Origin: Octopus vulgaris
Lineage: Eukaryota
Assembly (NCBI GenBank): GCA_951406725.2
Contig: OX597816.1
Span: forward strand, 48,794,001 to 48,858,000
Reading direction: 5' to 3'
DNA length: 64,000 bases
The notes under the pieces were generated by a model. It did no database searches, was not told where the DNA came from, and saw only the letters and a program-made list of their open reading frames with translations. Below are positions 53,986 to 64,000 of the stretch, piece after piece (the stretch's first letter is position 1; every line of letters starts with the position of its first letter). Made by a program: the position numbers and the translations under genes.

Positions 53986-54701
53986 TGTGGGTGTGTATGT
54001 GTGTGTGAGTGTGTTGTATTTCTCAGGGGTACTGTGTGCGTTACGTTTATGCGAGTGGTGTGTATGTGTGTGCGGGTACATACTGTGCATGTTTGTACTG
54101 AGTATGCGTTTGTGTGTATATGTGGGTGTGGTTTTATATAGTTTCCGGGTGCAGTGCACATGTGTGTGTGCTATATTTGTTGTGGCGAAGTGTGTGTGTG
54201 CTATATTTGTTGTGGCGAAGTGTGTGTGTGTGTACGTGTGAGTGCATGTGTGTATGTTACACGATTATATACAAGAACATTCCACTACTAAGTCAAGGCA
54301 CACGTCTAAAAAAAAAGCGCTCGAAACCCATAAAATAATAAAAAAGCAAGAGACAACCCAAATCCCTTAAAAACTACACCAATGCAAAATTATACTCGAA
54401 ACATTGTGCACGACCCATTGTCTCGTCGTCGTAAGCTTGCCGAAGCATGCTTAATGTCTCTGTAGCAGACTTCCCAAGTTTAACACAAAATTTCACGTTA
54501 GCTCTTTATTTCATGAAAAGATCGCAGACTACGTGATCACAAAAACACAAATTTCACAATTTGCGACGTAAACACAGCAATGGCACTCGGCAAACTGCCT
54601 CATGAATATTACTGATAGCTCTCACTGCGCATCCAACCGTGTGCTGCCATCTGTTGGCGCGCAACAGAACTGGTCCGGGAACGTTTTGATACCATCTCAT
54701 A
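52692..54701 (-). mobile_element. Mariner element related to 16380-17191, interrupted by a SINE A and a (GT)n-bearing insert
   Basis: Imperfect TIRs at 52692 and 54665-54701; transposase remnant FKNGRTSLEDGERPGRP. Confidence 0.8.
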
Positions 54702-54882
54702 TAGTAATGACGTACTAAAATTACAGTAATCTAAGGCAAAGTCTAAAATCTTCTGGAACGTACTTCGTATATGTTATGGGCTTCTGTACACATGCATCCA
54801 AATTGTATAGCATTCTTCACAGGCCACATATGGTGTTTTATTAAAAGACGATTGAGCAAAGAAGAGCTTATGTTAAATATTG

Positions 54883-56088
54883 GTTTCAAATTTTGGCACA
54901 TGGCTAGCAATTTCAGGAGAGAGGATTAACCGATTACATCGACCACAGAGCTCAATTAGTACTTATTTTATCGACCCCAAAAGTATGAAAAGCAAAGTCG
55001 ATATCAGCGGAATTTGAACTCTGAATGTAAGGACGGCCGAAATGCCGTTAAGCATTCTTTGCCCGGTGTGCTAACAATTCTGCCAGCACACCGTATAGTT
55101 TTTTAAAATAATCTTTTCTCCTCTGGGCACAAGGCCCGAAATATTTGGAGAGGGAACCAATTGATTAGATCGACCCCCAGTATGCAACCGGTACTTAATT
55201 TATCGACCCCGAAAGGATGAAAGGTAAAGTCGACCTCGGCGGAATTTGAACTCGGAACGTAAGGACGGACGAAATACCGCTAAACATTCTTTGCCCGGCG
55301 TGCTAGAATTCTTACTTCTTTATTACCCACAAGGGGCTAAACATAGAGGGGACAAAAAAGGACAGACAAACGGATTAAGTCGATTATATCGACCCCAGTG
55401 CGTAACTGGTACTTATTTAATCGACCCCGAAAGGATAAAAGGCAAAGTCGACCTTGGCGGAATTTGAACTCAAAGCGTAGTGGTAGACGAAATACCTTTT
55501 TCTTTACTACCCACAAGGGGCTAAAACAGAGGGGACAAACAAGGACAGACATAGGTATTAAGTCGATTACATCGACCCCCAGTGCGTAACTGGTACTTAA
55601 TTTATCGACCCCGAAAGGATGAAAGGCAAAGTCGACCTCGGCGGAATTTGAACTCACAACGTAACGCAGACGAAATACCTATTTCTTTATTACCCACAAG
55701 GGGCTAAACACAGAGAGGACAAACAAGGACAGACATAGGTATCAAGTCGATTACATCGAGCCCCAGTGCGTAACTGGTACTTAATTTATCGACCCCGAAA
55801 GGATGAAAGGCAAAGTCGACCTCGGCGGAATTTGAACTCACAACGTAACGCAGACGAAATACCTATTTCTTTATTACCCACAAGGGGCTAAACATAGAAG
55901 GGACAAACAAGGACAGACATAGGTATTAAGTCGATTACATCGACCCCAGTGCGTAACTGGTACTTAATTTATCGACCCCGAAAGTATGAAAGGCAAAGTC
56001 GACCTCGGCGGAATTTGAACTCAGAACATAAAGACAGACGAAATACCGCTAAGCATTTCGCCCGGCGTGCTAACAATTCTGCCAGCAC
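54883..56088 (-). mobile_element. SINE A cluster including a 4-unit concatemer (55316-56088)
   Basis: Three headless ~183-bp units joined to one full-length unit. Confidence 0.85.
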
Positions 56089-57128
56089 GCTGTATTATTT
56101 TTTAATTATGAACAAAATACGAATACGCTTTCTTTCTATTTCTTTCATACATTCTCTCTTGCCTTTTCTCTGCCTCCCTTCCTTCTTTCCTCCTTTTGTT
56201 ACTTTCTTTCAATGCTTACTCATTATATACTTGTATGGCCGTTTCACATTATAAGTATTTGGTTATAAATAGAACACGTCATAGTCAGTGAAAAGATATT
56301 CAGTTGGTTCGTGGAACTCAAGGTAATCTACATTAACTCTTCCCTCTAACACAACCACCAAAAAAATAAAATAAAAAACAGCGGCAACAATGATACATTT
56401 GAGAGGTTATTTGATCATTCAAGGATAAACAGCCTTGTCCCTCCCAAAAACCTAAAAAACCACTCTTGAATGCTTAATGACTAAAGATTAAAAAAAAAGC
56501 TAAGGAAACAAAGTCAACAACAACAACCACAAAAGACAAATAATCAAAAACGTCAGAACAAAAAAAAAGAGATATTTGTTTGAATTTTGTAGTACAGCAA
56601 GTTCGGGAGAAAGGGTAAGTAGATTACATCGACCCCAGTGCTCAACTGGTACTTGTTTAATCGACCCTGGAAGAGATGAAAGGCAAAGTCGACCTCGACG
56701 GAATTTGCATTCATAAAGTAAAGACGGACGAAAGGCCGATAAGCATATTGTCAGGAGTGCTAACGATTCTACCACCTTCATAAGTACCTATTTCTTTATT
56801 ACCCACAAGTGGCTAAACACAGATGGGACAAACAAGGACACACATAGGTATTAAGTCGATTACATCGACCCCAGTGCGTAACTGGTACTTAATTTATCGA
56901 CCCCGAAAGGATGAAAGGCAAAGTCGACCTCGGCGGAATTTGAACTCACAACGTAACGACAGACGAAATATAGCTACGCATTTCGCCCGGCGTGCTAACG
57001 ATTCTGCCAGCTATCAAAGCCAGCAGCATTGAGAGGTGGAGGGTTGTTGATTCCATGAACCCTAGTATATCCCTGATATTTCATTTTATCAACACCGAAA
57101 ACACGAAAGTTATTTATACATACATGCA

Positions 57129-57199
<71 letters not shown>

Positions 57200-57202
57200 A
57201 TA

Positions 57203-57323
57203 CAGGGTGTCCCATACACACCTTAAATAATTGTAAATTTGTTATTCTTTGTAAGCCTAGTACTTATCCTATCGTTCTCTTAGGCCGAACCACTATGTGT
57301 ATACATTTTTTTGGGACACCCTG
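57203..57323. mobile_element. Tc1-type MITE
   Basis: TIRs CAGGGTGTCCCA/TGGGACACCCTG with TA on both sides. Confidence 0.8.
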
Positions 57324-57427
57324 TATATATATATATGTAAGAAGAAAATGGAGGAAAAATAACAGGAAGAAGTTGGTCGTTTGCGCTAGTAAACCATTAA
57401 TTTAATTAATTAATTGTCAAGAAAGAA

Positions 57428-57970
57428 TTAGGAGTGACTGTGTAGTAAGAAGCTTGCTTTCCAGCCAGGTGGTTCCGGCTTAAGTTCCACTGCGTGACAC
57501 CTTGGGCAAGAGTCTTTTACTATAGCCACAGGCCGAGCAAAGCCGTGTGAGTGGATTCGGTAGACGAAAACTGAAAGAAGCCTGTGATATATATATATGT
57601 GTGTGTGGGAGTATATTTGACCACCATCATTGCTTGACAACCGGTGCTGATTTGTTTAAGGCCCTGTAACGTAGAGAGTTGGCAAAAGGGACCGATAGAA
57701 TAAGTACCAGTCTTTTAAAAATGTACTGGGGATGATTTATTCGACTAAATTTCTTCAAGCCGATGTCGCAGCATGGCTACAGTCTAATGACTGAAATAAG
57801 GCGTAGGAGTGGCTGTGTGGTAAGTAGCTTGCTTACCAACCACAAGATTCTGGGTTCAGTCCCACTGCGTGGAACCTTCGGCAAGTGTCTTCTACTATAG
57901 CCTCTGGCCGACCATAGCCTTGTGAGTGGATTTGGTAGACGGGAACTGAAAGAAGCCCGTCGTATATATG

Positions 57971-58018
<48 letters not shown>

Positions 58019-58235
58019 TATATGTTTGCATGTCAGTGTTTCTCCCCAAACCTCGCTTGACAACCGATGTTGGTGTGTTTACGTCCCCGTAAGTTAGTGG
58101 TTCGGCAAAAGAGACCGATAGAATAAATACTAGGCTTACAAAGAATAAGTCCTGGGCTCGATTTGCTCGACTAAAGGCGGTGCTCCAGCACGGCCACAGT
58201 CAAATGACTGAAACAAGTAAAAGAGTAAAAGAGTA
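57428..58235 (+). mobile_element. Two adjacent or nested SINE B copies
   Basis: Older copy 57428-57799, younger full copy 57800-58235. Confidence 0.8.
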
Positions 58236-58866
58236 AGCAAAAAGTTCAAAGAAGAAGAGAATTGTAGAATAGAATCAATTTATTGCACATAAATTTTAAC
58301 GAGAAAATCTTATATGGACCTCTGTTGTGAACCGCTGTATTAAATGAAATGCTCTATTTTATATTTTACCTGCTAGGCCATCACCTTGAAGAATTTTTTT
58401 CAGTCGAATAAATCGACCCCAGAACATTTTTTTTTTTATAAGGCCTGGTACTTATTCTACCGATATCTTTTGCCGAACAGCTAAGTTACGAGGACGTAAA
58501 CACGCCAACACCGGTTGTCATGCGGTGGTGGGAAAGAAACACACACGCAAAGACACACACACACACACATATATAGATATATACGACGTGCTTCTTTCAG
58601 TTTCCGTCTACCGAATCCACCCACAAGGCGTTAGTCGGCTCACGGTTATAGTAGAAGACACTTGCCTAAGGTGCTATGCAGTGGGACTGAACCCAGAACC
58701 ATGCGGCTGGGGTGCAAGCTTCTTACCATACAGCCGCGCCTCAAGATAAATCCAAAATCTTTATTTTGATTGCAACATTATCTTGAATTTCGTGTCTTTA
58801 AATGCAACTTTTTTCAATTTTCAAATCCCAATGTTATCAAACTATGTGAAAGCCCTAAGAAGTTAA

Positions 58867-59064
58867 CCCTTTTGTTACTGTATTTATTTTGAGATCCTGT
58901 GTTTCTTTCAATTACTTTAAATATAACAAAGAATTTAGTAAAATAGTGTTAAGAACATAAATTGTGACTAAGGTTTGGTGGAAGATTTTAATTCAAAACT
59001 TATGAAAATAAGACATTTGAACTCAGAGCCAGAGCCGGTTTTGGCCGGGTTGGTAACGAAAGGG
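58867..59064. mobile_element. piggyBac-like MITE
   Basis: TTAA-CCCTTTTGTTAC ... GTAACGAAAGGG; right TTAA degenerate. Confidence 0.55.
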
Positions 59065-59901
59065 TACCAACGTTATACTAAAAGATATGTATGTAGTTTG
59101 CAAGGAGAATAAAAAACCCCACGACCTCCTTTCCGCGATGGAAACACCATAAACTTTGAATAATTTTACATTCTGGCACAAGGCCAGCAATTTCGGGGAT
59201 GGAGGTAAATCGATTGTATCGACTTCAGTGCTCAACTGCTAATTATTTTATCGACCCAGAAAAAATGAAAGGCAAAGTGGACCTCGGCGAAATTTGAACT
59301 TAGAACGCAGAGACGGACAAAATATCTACCTTCTACTATAGGCACAAGGCCTGAAATTTAGTGGGGAAGGGGACTAGTCGATTACATCGACCCCAGTGTT
59401 TCACTGGTACTTAATTTATCGACCCCGAAAGGATGAAAGGCAAAAATCAGCCTCGGCAGAATTTGAACTCAGGACGTAGCAACGGGCGAAATACTGTTAA
59501 TGATTTCGATCAGCGTGCTAACGATTCTGCCAGCTGACAGAATTAGCTTAAACATGGACTTAAAGAAAGAGAATGATTAAGCAAAGTTAACTTAATATTT
59601 TGATTGAAATACATGAATTTAAGTTTTTCTTTGAGTTCTATCGATGCTTCCTTATTTTTCACATTGTTTTTGGAGTCATTACTGATAACGCCCACTGCAA
59701 CACCATCATAATAAATAGAAAACAAACATTTTAAAAATAAAAAAACAATATGGATGTTTTATTTGCGGAGACTCTGTGACATGTGGTTGACCGGAAATCT
59801 ATCTTTAGAGTCACATAAACTCATGATCTACAACGGATGTACTCATGAGAAATTGCTGTTAAATATTGACAGGCTTGCCGACTATTTCTTTCTTTTTTTT
59901 T

Positions 59902-59973
<72 letters not shown>

Positions 59974-60562
59974 TCGTTCTTCGCTCCTTCCTCTTTTTGT
60001 TTATTTGTATCTTTGTATCTTTGATTTATGTTTGTTTGCGTCTTTCTTTCTTCCGTGCTTCCCTTTTTTTTTTTTTATTTCTAATTGTTTTGGTTTGCTA
60101 ATTTTGTATAATAATCAACAACTGATGTTTGGTGCTTATGAGAATCCGACGTAGTCAATGAAAATGTCGAGAAATTTCCTGTAAGGATAGTATGATCTTT
60201 CACACATGCTCATACGCAGTAGGTGATGAAGGCGCGTGGCTTAGTGGTTATGGAATTCGCAAGGTCGTGAGTTCGATTCCTGGAGACGCGTTGTGTCCTC
60301 GAGTAAGACATCATATTTCACGTAGCTCTAGGCCACTCGGATGGCAAAAATGAGTAGTCCTTATATTTCAAAGGGGCAGCTTTGTCACATTTTCTGCCAC
60401 GTCGAAGCTCCCTACGACCTACGTTAAGGTTACGCGTTTTTGTAGAGTGCTCAGCCACTTGCACGTTAAATTCCCGAGCAGGCTGTTCCGCTGATGAAAT
60501 CAACTGGAACCCTCATCGTAATTGACAGAGTACCAGTTATACACGGTAGGTAATCAAAACTT

Positions 60563-60948
60563 ATTTCTTTACTATCCACAAGGGGCTAAACACAGAGAGG
60601 ACAAAGAAGGACAGACAAACGTAACTGGTACTTAATTATCGGTCCCGAAAGGATGAAAGGCAAAATCGACCTCGGCGGAATTTGAACTCAGAACGCAGCG
60701 GCAGACGAAATACCTATTTCTTTACTACCCACAAGGGGCTAAACACAGAGGTGACAAAAAAGGACAGACAAACAGATTAAGTCGATTATATCGACCACAG
60801 TGCGTGACTGGTACTTAATTTATCGATCCCGAAAGGATGAAAGGCAAAGTCGACCTCGGTGGAATTTGAACTCAGAACATAGCGACGGACGAAATACCGC
60901 TAAGCATTTCGCCCGGCGTGCTAACGTTTCTGCCAGCTCGCCGCCTTA
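60563..60948 (-). mobile_element. SINE A dimer
   Basis: Junction GACGAAATACCTATTTCTTT at ~60704-60723. Confidence 0.8.
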
Positions 60949-61941
60949 AAACCGAAATCTTGATTGTAATGACATGCCTCAGTGTGACGACTGATAGAAT
61001 TTTATCAGAGATTGAATATTTATGGACGATGTGATACTTACTTAAGATAAGATAACTGGGTGAACTGATGCAAGGGATGGATAAAGTCGACAAACATTTT
61101 CAGTAGTCAGTCAACCATGTTTACCCTCAAAGTGTTGTTGTTTCGGATCCGATTTTGGTTCTGATTGTACACTATGTGCATGTGGTTATGTTAATAGATG
61201 GGATTTGTAACGATCCGCACTGTATTTAAGTCACCAGGCACAAAATGTCCCCGACCTGGTGGATATCATCTTAGATCACTGTTGATTCCATACAGTTAAA
61301 TACTCGGATAAAGGCAGATTATTGCATGAAATAAGTAGCAAATATTCTAGGAATTTAAAAGAGAAATATGAAAAAAAAAAAATCGTTGGCCAGTCTGGTA
61401 ATATTTAACACAATCTCATGCCAGCCCATATATTACAGATCATGAGCTTTTTTTATATCTCTAAAGACAGATTTCTGGTCTGAGCCCACTTGCTTGCTTC
61501 CCCCTACTATCTTTTTTTGTTTCCGTTATTATCTCCACAGTGGAGGCGCGTGGCTTAGTGGTTAGGGTGTCAGCATCATGATCGTAAGATTGTGGTTTCG
61601 ATTCCTAGACCGGGCGAGGCTTTGTGTTCTTGAGCAAAACACTTCATTTCACGTTGCTCCAGTCCACTCAGCTGGCAAAAATGAGTAACGCTGCGATGGA
61701 CTGGCGTCCCGTCCAGCTGGGGAACATATACGCCATAGAAACCGGGAAACCGGGCCCATGATCCTTTAAAAGGGCGCGTTTATTTATTTATTATTATCTC
61801 CACAAATAAATAAGGCGTGGCTGTGTGGTAAGAAATTTGTTTCCCTTGTGCAAGTGTCTTCTATTATAGACCCCAGTCGGCCAAAGCCTTGTAAATGGAC
61901 TTGATTGGTGGAAACTGAAAGAAACCTGTCGTATCTATCTT

Positions 61942-62016
<75 letters not shown>

Positions 62017-62196
62017 GTCTATGTATCTATCTGTCTGTCTGTCTTGCTGTCTGTTTGTCTATATATGTGTGTATATGTCTACCTACCTACCTACCCATCT
62101 ATTTATCTATCTGTCTGTCGGTCTGTCTATGTATCTGTCTGTCTGTTTGTCTATATATGTGTGTACCTACCTACCTACCTACATACCTACCTACCA

Positions 62197-62346
<150 letters not shown>

Positions 62347-62616
62347 GTATACGACTGTGTGTCTGTGTTTGTGATTTTCCTCTAGTAACAGGTGTTGGTT
62401 TGTTTACATCCTCTAACTTAGACCTTTGGTAAAAAAAAGACCGATAGAATAACTAAGAGGCTTAAAAAGAAAGTACCTGGGTTGATTCGTTTGCCTAAAT
62501 CTCTTCAAGGCGGTATCCCAGCATGGCACCTTAGGCAAGTGTCTTCTTCTACTATAGCCTCGGGCCGACCAAAGCCTTGTGAGTGGATTTGGTAGACGGA
62601 AACTGAAAGAAGCCCG

Positions 62617-62713
<97 letters not shown>

Positions 62714-62778
62714 ACATATGTGTGTATGTATATGTTTGTGTGTCTGTGTTTATCCCCCCAACATCACTTGACAACCAA

Positions 62779-62824
62779 GACACCTGATGAAGGCTGGAGG
62801 GTATATCAGCCGAAACGTTGTGTT
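62779..62824 (+). ncRNA. Minimal type I hammerhead motif with canonical core
   Basis: GACAC CTGATGA A GGCTG-10nt-CAGCC GAAAC GTT GTGTT. Confidence 0.7.
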
Positions 62825-62899
62825 AACAACAAACAAGATGAAGACAAATATCCGTTAAATGCAAATAATATAAATAATGTAAAAAACACTTTGTATAAC

Positions 62900-64000
62900 T
62901 GTTAGATAGACTGGTCCGAGTGAAGTATCAATAGTAACAATCCAAATGAGTTAAGGATCAGAGTCCGGAGTCGAGTGAAGTTCGTGTTAGTTCGCAGAGA
63001 AGTCGGAAGGTGTCGCTTGGTTAGTTCACAAGGAATATTGATTGTTGATTCGTAAAGAGATTTGTTAGTTTGTTACATTGTTTTTACTGATGGCTAGTTA
63101 TCTTATTTATTGTATGTAACAAGTACTTTACATCTGGTGACACGGTTTTCGAAGCTCACGTATGTTATTTAACAATTTGTTCGTGATACAACTTGTTAAA
63201 TAATGAAGACCTATTAGCTTCCATAGTACAGTTGCAAAAGCAACAACAAGAGCAGCAACAGGAGTTGCAGAAGCAGCTATTACAGCAACAATTACAACAA
63301 CAATTATTGGAGCTATGTTCAAAGAACTCCAAAAATGAGGTAAGTTCATTTTCGCCAGACGGCGTTTCGAAGTCGATAAATGAATTCGGTTATAACCCAG
63401 AGGAAGGTATAACTGAAGGTACGAGGAGATTGTTAAGCAGGATTGCAAATCATGGTCGGACGAACAAAAAGTGAGCTTGTTATTGTGAAAATTAGCTCCG
63501 TTAAAGCATGAACGTTACTGTAATTTCATATTGCCCCAAAAAACCCAATGAAATTTTTTAAGAAACAATAGAATTACTATCTAACATATTCGGTGATAAA
63601 ACTTCCCTATTTAACACTCGAATGGAGAGTTGGAATATAACGAAAAAGGAGAATGATGATTTTATCACATACGCAAGAACGGTCAACAAAATGTGTGAAT
63701 GTTTTAAACTTACATCTGGGATGTTCAAGTGTCTTATTTTCGTTCAAGGCCTTACAGCAAGCGAAGATACAGAAATTCGGGCAAGAATTCTTTCTAAATA
63801 GGGAAAAGCGAATCAAGATTGCTTGTTCCCATTTAGAACAAAATAAGAATGCCAAGGGATGGTAAACTGAAACACAATGTAGAAAAAAATTCGAGAAAAG
63901 GATTCCTCAAACATACAGATATACCGACCGGAAGCATACAACCAAAAAAAGTGCCACGTTCTAATCCATACTATGGATGTCGAGGCATACATTTCAGAAA
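62900..64000 (+). mobile_element. Decayed Gypsy-type LTR element: 5' LTR 62900-63132, PBS, broken gag
   Basis: TG...CA followed by TCTGGTGACACGG; Q-rich gag start, EFGYNPEEGIT, HERYCNFILP, IFGDKTSLFNTR; runs off the window. Confidence 0.7.

Overview
Repeat-dense, microsatellite-rich animal genomic DNA; the SINE families suggest an Octopus species (inference from recalled repeat families). One host gene was reconstructed by hand on the + strand: 9 phase-consistent GT-AG coding exons (4542-42825, 987 aa). The protein has a long Ser-rich N-terminal region, a C-terminal Rubicon-homology (RH; PLEKHM/DEF8/Rubicon-type) Zn-finger domain, and ends in a CaaX-like CCIA. Introns and flanks hold a near full-length R4/Dong non-LTR element in (TAA)n, a young Ty3/Gypsy element, mariner, hAT, Helitron, Merlin-like and piggyBac-like elements, three tRNA-derived SINE families, and eight hammerhead-ribozyme-like motifs from four Penelope-like repeat families. 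Most notable: a fold-back element with two hammerheads split by the Gypsy insertion, a CUGUNGA hammerhead-variant family, SINE concatemers with one fixed junction, and the RH+CaaX protein architecture. Most short ORFs in the track are repeat artefacts.
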